From Candidatus Saccharimonadota bacterium (GTDB lineage Bacteria; Patescibacteriota; Saccharimonadia; Saccharimonadales; Saccharimonadaceae), in assembly GCA_001897305.1 (NCBI GenBank), contig MKSO01000001.1, positions 600,001-632,000 on the forward strand: a stretch of 32,000 nucleotides of DNA, given 5' to 3'. Made by a program: the position numbers and the translations under genes. Positions 1-8,702 of this stretch are shown in pieces. The notes under the pieces were generated by a model that saw only the letters and a list, made by a program, of their open reading frames with translations, was not told where the DNA came from and did not search any database. The stretch's first letter is position 1. Every line of letters begins with the position of its first letter.

Positions 1-67
1 TGTATTAGTATAGCGAAAAAACCAGCCTACGTCTGTAGTAAAATCTATCTAATGCAGAGTTGCGCTA

Positions 68-361
68 CTACTTCTTGCCCTGTTGAACAATATCGACGAC
101 ATATTGGATAAAGTCGCCAATACCACCAGGAATATCCGTTAACAGAGAAAGCAGCCAGATGATCAAGGCAATAACAATTGTACCACCAAGCACCGAGCCG
201 ACCCCGAAAAATACGCCGCGAATGAAATTCATCCAATATACTTCACGGCGTGAACTGTGAAAGTCGTAAAAAAGATCTTCTAATATTGCCCGGCGAGCAC
301 CGACTTCATTATCTTTTTTTACCCTGCGCTTAACCTTATTAATAAGCTTCTTGACCACCAT
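68..361 (-). CDS. small membrane protein (DUF5665-like)
   Basis: 97-aa ORF with a basic N-terminus followed by one long hydrophobic span (FFGVGSVLGGTIVIALIIWLLSLL). It starts 15 nt after the stop of the upstream YtxH-like ORF on the same strand. The family name is recalled from memory and not verified. Confidence 0.55.
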   Translation of the reverse strand: MVVKKLINKVKRRVKKDNEVGARRAILEDLFYDFHSSRREVYWMNFIRGVFFGVGSVLGGTIVIALIIWLLSLLTDIPGGIGDFIQYVVDIVQQGKK

Positions 362-375
362 AATACCTAAGAAAC

Positions 376-699
376 CTACTTCTTTTTGGTGGTTGGCTTT
401 TTATTAAAACCAGCTTTTGCACCCTCAACTGCTTGCTCGACACGCTCTTTGAGCTCTTCGGCTTTGTCGGTTACTTCGGCGACTACTTCTTTGCCCTTAG
501 CTGTTACTTCTTGAGCTTTCTCAGTTGCAACACCCTTGGCACGTTCCGCTTCGGCAATAACCGTCTCTTTTGACTTGTTAGTTGCATCCTTAATGTCTTG
601 TCGTGTTTCCTTGCCGCTCTTTGGTGCTGAAAGAATACCAGCCGCAAAACCGGCTACTGCACCAATAACTGTCCCTAGAAATACTTTACCTTTTGACAT
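376..699 (-). CDS. YtxH-domain general-stress-like protein
   Basis: 107 aa with an N-terminal Gly/Ala-rich hydrophobic segment (FLGTVIGAVAGFAAGIL), then SAPKSGKETRQDIKD and a K/E/A-rich helical tail typical of YtxH. An AAGGGG Shine-Dalgarno (SD) motif lies upstream of the ATG. Confidence 0.7.
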   Translation of the reverse strand: MSKGKVFLGTVIGAVAGFAAGILSAPKSGKETRQDIKDATNKSKETVIAEAERAKGVATEKAQEVTAKGKEVVAEVTDKAEELKERVEQAVEGAKAGFNKKPTTKKK

Positions 700-701
700 A
701 A

Positions 702-968
702 TTACTTATTCCCCTTCTTAGATGACTTGCTCGTCCATTTTTTTACATACTTACTAAATAGTTCAGCCACAAATAGCGGCGACGTCAAACGAGTGACCCC
801 CGTTATGGCCGCATCTATATGACTGACCGTATTCTGAGCCGATTTAGTAATTTTTCGTATCTCGGCCGTAAGTTTAATTAAATAGATAGCTAAGATGATT
901 CCTACGATCAAAAAGAGCGCAAGAACACTTGATACTATAATTACTAAAATTTCAGCAGCATTTTCCAT
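702..968 (-). CDS. DUF948-like single-pass membrane protein
   Basis: 88 aa with an N-terminal TM helix (ILVIIVSSVLALFLIVGIILAIYLI) plus a helical tail. An AAGGAG SD lies upstream. The DUF948/YtxH adjacency matches the Firmicute ytxG-ytxH arrangement (established knowledge). Confidence 0.55.
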   Translation of the reverse strand: MENAAEILVIIVSSVLALFLIVGIILAIYLIKLTAEIRKITKSAQNTVSHIDAAITGVTRLTSPLFVAELFSKYVKKWTSKSSKKGNK

Positions 969-991
969 TAGTATGAGCTCCTTTTTGTTTT

Positions 992-997
992 ATTATA
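992..997 (-). promoter_or_regulatory. -10 box TATAAT for the DUF948/YtxH/DUF5665 unit (leadered)
   Basis: The minus strand reads ggTATAATaaaacaaaaAGGAGctcatactaATG. The hexamer is followed by a ~20 nt leader carrying the SD. Confidence 0.4.
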
Positions 998-1054
998 CCT
1001 TCATTTGTTAGTATACGCTACTTTGTTGCATAACGTAGCTTTAAAATGGGTATA

Positions 1055-2509
1055 CTATTCGCTTAGGCGTTGACGAATAAGTTGCTGAGCCATAGCAGGG
1101 TTAGCCTTACCCTGAGAGCGCTTCATTACTTGGCCAACTAAAAAGCCGATCGCCTTTTCTTGGCCAGCCTTAATATCAGCTACCGATTGAGCGCTGGCTG
1201 GATCTTCTAGAACTTCATCAACGATAGCTAACACGGCCGACTCATCGCTCACCTGCAACAAGTTTTTCGCTTCAGCAATTTCACGAGCCGTTTGTTCACT
1301 CGTCAGTAATTCCTGGAATACTTCTTTGGCGGCCGTACTTGATAATTCGTTTTTACCTACCATGTCGGAAAGTTCAATATATGCTTCGGGGCTAAAATTG
1401 CTCGCAATAATTGCCGCTTCTTCACCCGGGTTTATAGCACTGACAAACCAGTGGGCAACGCGCCGAGCCGTGTCGGGGCCAGATGTTTGTAATACCTCAT
1501 CAACAAGAACGGCATAGCTTTGGGTAGCGAGTAATGCTTCAACAACCGAGCGATCAAGTCCAAGCTGTTCCCAGTTTGCACGATAATAGGCCGGTAGGTT
1601 TGGTACAGTACTTTGAATAGCACTAATGTCCTCTTCTGTAAGCACAATCGGTGGGATATCAGGATCGGGCATGTATCGGTAATCTTGGGCATCCTCTTTA
1701 CTGCGCTGCGAACTCGTTTTACCAGCCGCGTCGTCCCAACCACGAGTCTCTTGTACGATCTTCTCGCCTTTTTCTAATAATTCAATTTGACGTTCAAATT
1801 CATACTGAGCAGCACGTTCAACACTACGGAATGAATTAAGATTCTTCACTTCGGCACGAGTACCAAGTTCAGTCGCACCCTTTTTAGCGACCGAAATATT
1901 GACGTCAAAACGCATGTTTCCGTGATAAAGATTACCCAATGTCACACCAGCATAGGTCATAAGACGATGCAGCTCACTCGCATAAGCCTTGGCGGCGGAA
2001 GCTGAGTGAATGTCCGGCTCAGAAACAATTTCAATCAATGGTGTCCCGGCACGGTTCAAATCTACCAGGCTATATGTACCGTGGTGAGTAAGCTTTCCGG
2101 CGTCCTCCTCAATGTGAGCATGATGGAGGCGCACTTTTACTGGAGCTCCATCTTCAAGTGTTGCTTCAACAAAACCGCCGATAATAATAGGCTGGTACAT
2201 TTGACTGATCTGATACCCCTTAGGAAGGTCGGGGTAAAAGTAGTGCTTACGATCAAAGCGGCTGACGGTAGCTATTTTTGAATTCAGCGCCCTACCCGCC
2301 TTCACAGCGAGCGTCACTGCTTCACGGTTTAAAACTGGCAGCATTCCCGGCAGGCCGAAGTCAATAGGATTAATAGCAGTGTTTGGGTCTTTATCACGAG
2401 CATCGTTATCCGCTCCGCTAAATAGCTTTGTAGCCGTTGCAAGCTGAACATGACACTCGATGCCGATAGTCATTTCATATGTGTCTAAGATTTCGGGTGC
2501 TACAGCCAT
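1055..2509 (-). CDS. gatB: Asp/Glu-tRNA(Asn/Gln) amidotransferase subunit B
   Basis: 484 aa, full-length GatB-like sequence (IGIECHVQL, KHYFYPDLPKGYQISQ, DLNRAGTPLIEIVSEPD, and a C-terminal YqeY-like tail). Its start shares 1 nt with the stop of the upstream ORF. Confidence 0.97.
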   Translation of the reverse strand: MAVAPEILDTYEMTIGIECHVQLATATKLFSGADNDARDKDPNTAINPIDFGLPGMLPVLNREAVTLAVKAGRALNSKIATVSRFDRKHYFYPDLPKGYQISQMYQPIIIGGFVEATLEDGAPVKVRLHHAHIEEDAGKLTHHGTYSLVDLNRAGTPLIEIVSEPDIHSASAAKAYASELHRLMTYAGVTLGNLYHGNMRFDVNISVAKKGATELGTRAEVKNLNSFRSVERAAQYEFERQIELLEKGEKIVQETRGWDDAAGKTSSQRSKEDAQDYRYMPDPDIPPIVLTEEDISAIQSTVPNLPAYYRANWEQLGLDRSVVEALLATQSYAVLVDEVLQTSGPDTARRVAHWFVSAINPGEEAAIIASNFSPEAYIELSDMVGKNELSSTAAKEVFQELLTSEQTAREIAEAKNLLQVSDESAVLAIVDEVLEDPASAQSVADIKAGQEKAIGFLVGQVMKRSQGKANPAMAQQLIRQRLSE

Positions 2510-2934
2510 TAGATTGCTCCTATATCTTTTAGTGCTTGCTTAAAACTTACTAATGCCTGACGTGATCGCTCATAATCAACGCGAACATCGGCTTCGTGAG
2601 CGAGTTTATTGCGCAACTTATGTGCGGCCCACACTCCATTACCATTCGTCCATTTGCCTTGGCATTGCTTCATGCGGTCCGCCATCGTCTTGCCTTGCAG
2701 CCCGCGTTCACGTAAAGCCTGGTCAAGCAGTTTGTCTGCTTCCATAATCGCAACGGTGTAACTGGCTTCGTTATTACGCTGCAGTTGTGATTCAATTCGC
2801 ATCCATCGGCTTCGGAATTTATCTTGATCAAGCGCTCGAGCACTGCCTTTGGTAAACGAAATAATGACAAATAATAACCCACCAAAAATAAAGATGGCAG
2901 CAAAAAATAAAATGATCAGTACACTTTGATCCAT
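2509..2934 (-). CDS. membrane-anchored HEPN/DUF4145-like protein inserted in the gatCAB operon
   Basis: 141 aa with an N-terminal TM helix (VLIILFFAAIFIFGGLLFVIISF), then a helical domain carrying AHKLRNKLAHE. This is an Rx4H motif with R108 at 2613..2611 and H113 at 2598..2596. It has 1-nt TAATG-type overlaps with gatA upstream and gatB downstream. Confidence 0.7.
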   Translation of the reverse strand: MDQSVLIILFFAAIFIFGGLLFVIISFTKGSARALDQDKFRSRWMRIESQLQRNNEASYTVAIMEADKLLDQALRERGLQGKTMADRMKQCQGKWTNGNGVWAAHKLRNKLAHEADVRVDYERSRQALVSFKQALKDIGAI

Positions 2935-4304
2935 TACGCGCTCACCCCTTTTGCAATAGCGAGCAAGGTTGCGTCAGACGTACGCGGCCCTATAAGCTGA
3001 ACCCCTACCGGTAGGCCGGTATCTGTTAACCCCGCAGGAACACTAATAGCAGGCAAGCCGGCAAGGCTCGCTGGCACCGTCATAATATCAGCCAAGTACA
3101 TCTTGACTGGGTCGGCCGTATTTTCGCCCAACTTGAAAGCGGGAGTTGGAGCAACCGGCCCTATAAGCGCGTCATAGGTATTAAACAATTCGTTGAATTC
3201 GTTAATCAGTAGAGTACGGGCTTTTTGGGCCTTTAGGTAGTAGGCGTCAAAGAAACCGCTCGAGAGTACGTAACTACCAATCATAATGCGACGCTTGTTT
3301 TCTGGCATAAACCCAGCATCGCGAGACAGCCCATACACCTCACTTAACGTTTTTGCGTCTTTCGAGCGTTCTCCATAACGAATACCATCGTAACGGCCCA
3401 AGTTGCTACTAATTTCAGCAGGTACAACAATATAGTAAATAGCTAATGCGTATTTAAGCATCGGCAAGCTGACTTCTTCGATGGTATGCCCCTGGGCTTT
3501 TAATTTCTCGATATACCCCGTCACCTGTTCGCGCACACCAGCGTCAACATCATCTGTCATAAATTCTTTAATGACACCGATCTTTTTTGGTGCGTCGAGT
3601 TGGACAATTGGTTTAAAGAAATCTGGCAGGGTCGTCATATCTTTAGAGTCACGCCCACTTAATATATCCATAACTAATTCAGCGTCATCCACATTTCCAG
3701 CAAGTACTCCGATAGTATCAGTGCTACTGGCCATAGCAACAACACCATATCGACTAACCGTTCCATAAGTAGGCTTTACACCAATGACACCATTAAAGCT
3801 GGCTGGCTGCCGAATAGATCCGCCAGTGTCGGTTCCTAGTGCAAAAGGCACGATATCTAAAGCGACCGCTACAGCTGAACCACCACTACTACCGCCGGCA
3901 ACACGAGTGTCGTCATGGGCATTTTTGGTTGGGCCAAAGGCAGAGTTTTCGGTACTACCGCCATGGGCAAAAGCATCAAGGTTTGCCTTGCCAATACAAA
4001 TAGCACCTTCAGCTTCAAGCTTTTCAATTGCCGTAGCCTGCAAAGGTGCAGTAAAGTTTTCGAGAAAATGGCTCGCAGCAGTTGTTGTGCTTTCGAGCGT
4101 TAGAAAATTATCCTTAGCAATAAAAGGCACGCCAGCCAGACGACCCTTGAGCTTACCCGCATCAACCAGGTCAGCACGCTCTAAGGCCCGTTTTTCATCG
4201 AGCGACAATAGTGCGTGAAATGATTCATGTTCACGAGCTTTCTCTAGTGCCATTTCAACAATGGCGCGTGCAGATTTTCCTTTGAAATCAGAAATAGAAG
4301 ACAT
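2934..4304 (-). CDS. gatA: Glu-tRNA(Gln) amidotransferase subunit A (amidase signature family)
   Basis: 456 aa carrying the amidase signature GGSSGGSAVAVA...GTDTGGSIRQPA. Confidence 0.97.
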   Translation of the reverse strand: MSSISDFKGKSARAIVEMALEKAREHESFHALLSLDEKRALERADLVDAGKLKGRLAGVPFIAKDNFLTLESTTTAASHFLENFTAPLQATAIEKLEAEGAICIGKANLDAFAHGGSTENSAFGPTKNAHDDTRVAGGSSGGSAVAVALDIVPFALGTDTGGSIRQPASFNGVIGVKPTYGTVSRYGVVAMASSTDTIGVLAGNVDDAELVMDILSGRDSKDMTTLPDFFKPIVQLDAPKKIGVIKEFMTDDVDAGVREQVTGYIEKLKAQGHTIEEVSLPMLKYALAIYYIVVPAEISSNLGRYDGIRYGERSKDAKTLSEVYGLSRDAGFMPENKRRIMIGSYVLSSGFFDAYYLKAQKARTLLINEFNELFNTYDALIGPVAPTPAFKLGENTADPVKMYLADIMTVPASLAGLPAISVPAGLTDTGLPVGVQLIGPRTSDATLLAIAKGVSA

Positions 4305-4309
4305 ACTAT

Positions 4310-4600
4310 TTACAATACCTTTGGTACTTTAATTTGGTTTGCTTCAGAATCTGGCGCTAGTGCAAGTAAGGGTTCGCGACCCAAACCGTAATCGTCAATA
4401 ACATCCTCGCGCCAGATGCTTTGTAGATCAGTTACCTGATACGTAGGCTCGACTCCGTCTGTATTCAACTCCGAAAGCTGCTCGATGTAGCCAAGAATAT
4501 TCTCTAGGTCAATGCGCAGCGATTCCGCTTCTTCATCAGCTAACTGCAAACTACTGAGCTGTGCCAAATGGTGCACATCATCGTGGGAGATTTGTGTCAT
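4310..4600 (-). CDS. gatC: Asp/Glu-tRNA amidotransferase subunit C
   Basis: 96 aa, GatC-like (LAQLSSLQLADEE...LENILGYIEQL). It lies immediately upstream of gatA. Confidence 0.9.
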   Translation of the reverse strand: MTQISHDDVHHLAQLSSLQLADEEAESLRIDLENILGYIEQLSELNTDGVEPTYQVTDLQSIWREDVIDDYGLGREPLLALAPDSEANQIKVPKVL

Positions 4601-4609
4601 ATTATGACT

Positions 4610-4638
4610 ATTATAGCTTAGAACGAAGAGAGGGTAAA
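4610..4638 (-). promoter_or_regulatory. gatCAB promoter, leaderless-type
   Basis: The minus strand has TTTACC (4638..4633), a 17 nt spacer, TATAAT (4615..4610), then 9 nt to the ATG at 4600. There is no SD. Confidence 0.5.
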
Positions 4639-4690
4639 TATTACCTATCTAAAAGATCGTGGGATTTTATCAGATACATACTATTCGCTA

Positions 4691-5419
4691 TTATACTTCG
4701 AAATCCAAGACTAGCCCCTGATGATCCGAAGCAACAATTGTGGAAGCATAAAAATCGTTCACCGTAATGTCGTGACTGACGAATATATAGTCGCAGGCTT
4801 CAACTTTGTGCGTCAGGTCGTTCCGTGTGGTTACAAGTCCATATTCAGTTGTTAAATTTCGGAAATGGTCATTCAACACTGCAATCGACTCACTACTAGG
4901 CTCAAGGTTAAAGTCGCCAGCAATAATGACTGGGCCATCGAGTTGGGTGGCATAATCTACGATCTGCCGACACGCCTTAAGAGTGAACTCATTTCCTCTT
5001 TTATGCTCAGGCACATGATAGCCGTGGTGATTAATCAGGTGTATCTTTTTATTATTCTGATCTTCGATTACTACATGTTGAAAATTCCGCACATTATAGT
5101 CGTCGTCAATCGCCCTGTTATGTACATATTCACGATTTGTAAAAATGGTTGCTTTATCATTTAAGGTAAGGTTACTAATAATCGCATTACCGAACTCCGT
5201 TCGGGTATCCATAAACCCAAAATCATATACGGGCGAAAAATACTGATGGTGAAACTTAATAGAATGAACGAATTCTGTTAATGTTGGGAAAAGCCCTATC
5301 TCACTGGGGGATTCGAACACTTCTTGGAGGAGTGCTACATCGGGGGCTTCTTTGGCGATCATATCTTGGAGTCTATTTGAAAGACGAATAGACCAGGCGT
5401 TTATCTGAAGGAGTCTCAT
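4691..5419 (-). CDS. endonuclease/exonuclease/phosphatase (EEP) family protein
   Basis: 242 aa with EEP-like landmarks: N-terminal LLQEV, internal GDFN (IIAGDFNLEP), and C-terminal SDH (ASDHQGLVLDF). Confidence 0.8.
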   Translation of the reverse strand: MRLLQINAWSIRLSNRLQDMIAKEAPDVALLQEVFESPSEIGLFPTLTEFVHSIKFHHQYFSPVYDFGFMDTRTEFGNAIISNLTLNDKATIFTNREYVHNRAIDDDYNVRNFQHVVIEDQNNKKIHLINHHGYHVPEHKRGNEFTLKACRQIVDYATQLDGPVIIAGDFNLEPSSESIAVLNDHFRNLTTEYGLVTTRNDLTHKVEACDYIFVSHDITVNDFYASTIVASDHQGLVLDFEV

Positions 5420-5425
5420 GATTGT

Positions 5426-5431
5426 AGTATA
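5426..5431 (-). promoter_or_regulatory. -10 box TATACT, 6 nt upstream of the EEP ATG (leaderless-type)
   Basis: The minus strand reads gcTATACTacaatcATG with no SD. Confidence 0.4.
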
Positions 5432-5447
5432 GCAAACACATGCCTTG

Positions 5448-6002
5448 TCAGCTTCGTTTGTTTATTATTCGTTTTCTATACTCGCTTGCCAACATGTACG
5501 ACTTTGTGTCTACGACCTTATCTACAAACAACGTACCGTTTAAATGATCTGTTTCGTGTTGCGCCACATGGGCTACAAAACCTTCTACTATTTCATCGTG
5601 TTTTTGTGCTTTTTCATCAAGCCATTGCAAGCGAACCTTTTTGTAGCGTGGCACTTTGGCAAATAAGGTATTATCACCTTCACCGGAGCTAAGACACCCC
5701 TCCCACATTTCATGCGGTTCACCGAACGTTTCTAGAATCTGTGGGTTAATAATAACACCATCAAACGGCTCACGATCTGGCCTGGTTGGAGTTGGCTTAA
5801 TGCCAATCGCGCTGATAGCAATCGGGTACCCAAGCTGAGGTGCGGCAATACCAACGCCATATTCTTTTTCACGCAAAGTATAAAACATGTTTTGAATAAG
5901 TTCTTGGGTTTTGTCAGAAAGAATTTCTTTGCGCGTTAGTCGACGTGCTTTTTTACGAAGAATAGGGTTTCCAAAGTATGTTGGCTTAAGAATTCTAGGC
6001 AT
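5448..6002 (-). CDS. def: peptide deformylase
   Basis: All three PDF motifs are present: GVGIAAPQLG, EGCLS and HVAQHETDHLNG. The start is moved to Met82 of the 265-aa ORF (ATG 6002..6000). The longer ORF would run over the divergent gene, and the extension has no PDF similarity. Confidence 0.9.
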   Translation of the reverse strand: MPRILKPTYFGNPILRKKARRLTRKEILSDKTQELIQNMFYTLREKEYGVGIAAPQLGYPIAISAIGIKPTPTRPDREPFDGVIINPQILETFGEPHEMWEGCLSSGEGDNTLFAKVPRYKKVRLQWLDEKAQKHDEIVEGFVAHVAQHETDHLNGTLFVDKVVDTKSYMLASEYRKRIINKRS

Positions 6003-6008
6003 ATCGTT

Positions 6009-6017
6009 AGTATACCA
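6009..6017 (-). promoter_or_regulatory. extended -10 (TGgTATACT), 6 nt upstream of the def ATG
   Basis: The minus strand reads aacTGgTATACTaacgatATG with no SD. Confidence 0.5.
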
Positions 6018-6026
6018 GTTAGGTGC

Positions 6027-6032
6027 TATACT
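6027..6032 (+). promoter_or_regulatory. -10 box TATACT, 6 nt upstream of the ASCH-Nudix ATG
   Basis: The plus strand reads gtgcTATACTgcacgtATG. It stands back-to-back with the def -10 inside a 36-bp divergent intergenic region. Confidence 0.5.
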
Positions 6033-6038
6033 GCACGT

Positions 6039-6722
6039 ATGACGACCATCGAGAAAAAAATCTGGCCAGAATCGTTTGAACTTATTCAGTCTGGAGCAAA
6101 AACCTACGATCTCCGCCTTGCAGATTGGGAAGTTGCTAATGGCGATACGATCATTTTCAAAGAATGGGACCCTAAAACCGAAAAATACACCGGGCGTGAA
6201 CTGACGCGCCAAGTTGGCTATGTTGGCAAAACAAAACACTGGCAAGTCTGGCCGACAAAAGATATTGAAACATACGGCTATCAGGTTATATCATTACTGC
6301 CACCAGAAGTCCCGCAAGTGCGCGTTGGTGTTGGGGTGTTTATCATGAAGGACGGCAAGTTCCTTATGGGCAAACGCCATAATGCACATGGCGATGGAAC
6401 CTGGAGTATTCCGGGCGGCCACCTAGAATTTGGCGAAACACCGGAAGAAACCGCCATTCGTGAGACTTTAGAAGAAACCGGCCTTCATATCAAAAATGTA
6501 CGGTTCGGCGCTGTAACAAATGATCGCTTTGAAGAGGATGGAAAACACTACCTAACAGTATGGATAGTTTCAGATTGGGAGTCGGGTCAAGAACACATTA
6601 CCGAGCCAGATAAATACGACATGATGGGGTGGTATGATTTTGACAACTTACCAAGCCCCCTTTTTCTTCCTTGGGAGCAGTTGCTCAAATCTGAATTTAT
6701 TCATGCGCTAAAAAGCTTATAG
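6039..6722 (+). CDS. ASCH/DUF3850-like domain fused to a Nudix hydrolase
   Basis: The N-terminal ~85 aa resemble DUF3850/ASCH ([38 protein letters not shown]...[12 protein letters not shown]). The C-terminal half carries a canonical Nudix box ([24 protein letters not shown]). Confidence 0.85.
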   Translation: MTTIEKKIWPESFELIQSGAKTYDLRLADWEVANGDTIIFKEWDPKTEKYTGRELTRQVGYVGKTKHWQVWPTKDIETYGYQVISLLPPEVPQVRVGVGVFIMKDGKFLMGKRHNAHGDGTWSIPGGHLEFGETPEETAIRETLEETGLHIKNVRFGAVTNDRFEEDGKHYLTVWIVSDWESGQEHITEPDKYDMMGWYDFDNLPSPLFLPWEQLLKSEFIHALKSL

Positions 6723-8687
6723 CTTTTGCCGTATTTCGGCAATCAGGTCACGAAGTTCAGCCGCTTTCTCAAACTCCAGATTCGCACTAGCAAGATCCAT
6801 CTGCGCCGATAGGTCTTTAATAAGACTGGCGTATTCATCTTTTGGAATTTTCTTCAAATCGAGCTTCGGTTTGTCATCAGCTTTCTTTGGAATAATCGCA
6901 CGCAAGCCTTCATCGATTTCTTTGGCCACACTGGTTGGCGTAATATTATGTTCCTTATTGTAAGCTTGTTGAATTTCACGACGGCGGTTGGTTTCTTCAA
7001 TCGCTTGTTGCATAGATTTGGTGATAGTGTCACCGTACATCAGCACTTTACCATCAAGATGTCGAGCGGCACGACCGATAATCTGAATTAAGGCGCTAGC
7101 GCTACGAAGAAAGCCCTCTTTATCGGCGTCAAGAATAGCCACAAGACTAACCTCTGGCAGGTCAAGACCCTCACGAAGCAAGTTAATACCTACCAAAACA
7201 TCGTACACGCCAGTACGAAGATCACGCAGAATATCACTTCGCTCTAAGGTATCTACTTCGCTGTGAATGTAAGCGGTTTTAATATCCAACTCCTGCAAAT
7301 ACGTAGATAAGTCCTCCGCCATCCGCTTAGTAAGTGTCGTCACAAGCACGCGCTGACCTTTGGCGACGCGATCACGGATTTCACTAATCAAATCATCAAC
7401 CTGACCCTCGGTTGGGCGGACGATAATTTCTGGGTCAATCAGGCCAGTTGGGCGAATAATCTGCTGGGCCGGCTCGGGGCTATGACTTAACTCGTATTCA
7501 GCCGGCGTCGCCGATACATACACAGCTTGGTTGATTTGACGATTAAATTCATCGAACGTTAATGGTCGGTTATCCAAAGCACTTGGCAAACGGAAGCCGT
7601 ATTCAACCAGTACTTCCTTACGGGCGCGGTCACCATTATACATACCCCTTACTTGCGGTAGTGTCATATGACTTTCGTCGACAAAGAGCAAAAAATCATC
7701 AGGGAAATAGTCTAGCAATGTAGCCGGTTGTTCGCCTGGCTCACGATTAGTAAGATACCGGCTGTAGTTTTCGATCCCCTTTACAAAACCGGTCTCTTCA
7801 AGCATTTCAATGTCGTATTTGGTACGTTGCGCCAAACGTTGTGCTTCAAGTAGCTTGTCGTGCTTCTCGAAAAAGTCCATCCGCTCTTCAAACTCTTGCT
7901 TAATATTCTCAATCGCACGTTCGAGTTTTTGCTTTGGTGTTACGTAGTGGCTACTTGGGAAAATAGAAATTTGCTCGGGCTCTCCTAAAATCTCCCCTGT
8001 TAGCGGATCAATACGAGTAATACGCTCGACTTCATCACCAAAGAAATCAACCCTATACGCAACATCACTGCCGGCTGGGAAGACGTCGACGATATCACCC
8101 TTCACGCGGAAGGTGCCGCGATGGAAATCGATATCATTGCGTTGATATTGAATGTCAGTCAGTAAACGAACAAATTTATCCTGCTGGCGGCGCTCACCTT
8201 TTTGCACCAAAATTGACATATCCGAGTAGTCTTCTGGTGAACCAATACCATAAATACAACTGACACTGGCAACAATAATAGTGTCACGACGCGTTAATAG
8301 GGCGGTTGTAGCCGCGTGTCGCAAACGATCAATTTCATCATTGATTTTACTGTCTTTTTCAATGTAAGTATCGCTGCTAGCAATATAGGCCTCTGGTTGA
8401 TAATAATCAAAGTAGCTGACGAAATAATGCACTTCGTTGTCCGGGAAGAACGCCTTAAACTCACTATAAAGTTGGGCAGCAAGCGTTTTGTTATGCGCCA
8501 AAACTAACGTCGGCACCTGACGTTTGGCGATAATATTTGCCATGGTAAATGTTTTACCCGAACCAGTTACTCCAAGTAGGGTTTGCTCATGTTCGCCTTT
8601 TTCCAAACCATCAACAAGCTGGGCGATAGCTGTTGGCTGATCTCCCGTTGGTTCATAGGCCGATGAAAGGACGAATTTTTGCTCCAT
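6717..8687 (-). CDS. uvrB: excinuclease ABC subunit B
   Basis: 656 aa with Walker A ([10 protein letters not shown]), helicase motifs and the C-terminal UVR domain ([11 protein letters not shown]). Confidence 0.98.
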   Translation of the reverse strand: MEQKFVLSSAYEPTGDQPTAIAQLVDGLEKGEHEQTLLGVTGSGKTFTMANIIAKRQVPTLVLAHNKTLAAQLYSEFKAFFPDNEVHYFVSYFDYYQPEAYIASSDTYIEKDSKINDEIDRLRHAATTALLTRRDTIIVASVSCIYGIGSPEDYSDMSILVQKGERRQQDKFVRLLTDIQYQRNDIDFHRGTFRVKGDIVDVFPAGSDVAYRVDFFGDEVERITRIDPLTGEILGEPEQISIFPSSHYVTPKQKLERAIENIKQEFEERMDFFEKHDKLLEAQRLAQRTKYDIEMLEETGFVKGIENYSRYLTNREPGEQPATLLDYFPDDFLLFVDESHMTLPQVRGMYNGDRARKEVLVEYGFRLPSALDNRPLTFDEFNRQINQAVYVSATPAEYELSHSPEPAQQIIRPTGLIDPEIIVRPTEGQVDDLISEIRDRVAKGQRVLVTTLTKRMAEDLSTYLQELDIKTAYIHSEVDTLERSDILRDLRTGVYDVLVGINLLREGLDLPEVSLVAILDADKEGFLRSASALIQIIGRAARHLDGKVLMYGDTITKSMQQAIEETNRRREIQQAYNKEHNITPTSVAKEIDEGLRAIIPKKADDKPKLDLKKIPKDEYASLIKDLSAQMDLASANLEFEKAAELRDLIAEIRQKL

Positions 8688-8694
8688 CCTTTCT

Positions 8695-8700
8695 ATTATA
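8695..8700 (-). promoter_or_regulatory. -10 box TATAAT, 7 nt upstream of the uvrB ATG (leaderless-type)
   Basis: The minus strand reads ctagggTATAATagaaaggATG. It begins 3 nt after the LOG-family stop codon. Confidence 0.5.
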
Positions 8701-8702
8701 CC

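Noticed and set aside
45-236. A 63-aa minus-strand ORF overlapping the DUF5665-like gene
   Set aside because: It is an alternative frame of the same region, with Trp/Cys/Tyr/Arg-rich composition and no start signals. The 68..361 frame gives a coherent membrane protein.
6003-6245. An 81-codon N-terminal extension of the peptide deformylase ORF
   Set aside because: The extension overlaps the divergent ASCH-Nudix gene, has no PDF similarity and looks compositionally odd. Met82 gives a normal-length 184-aa PDF with its own -10 element.
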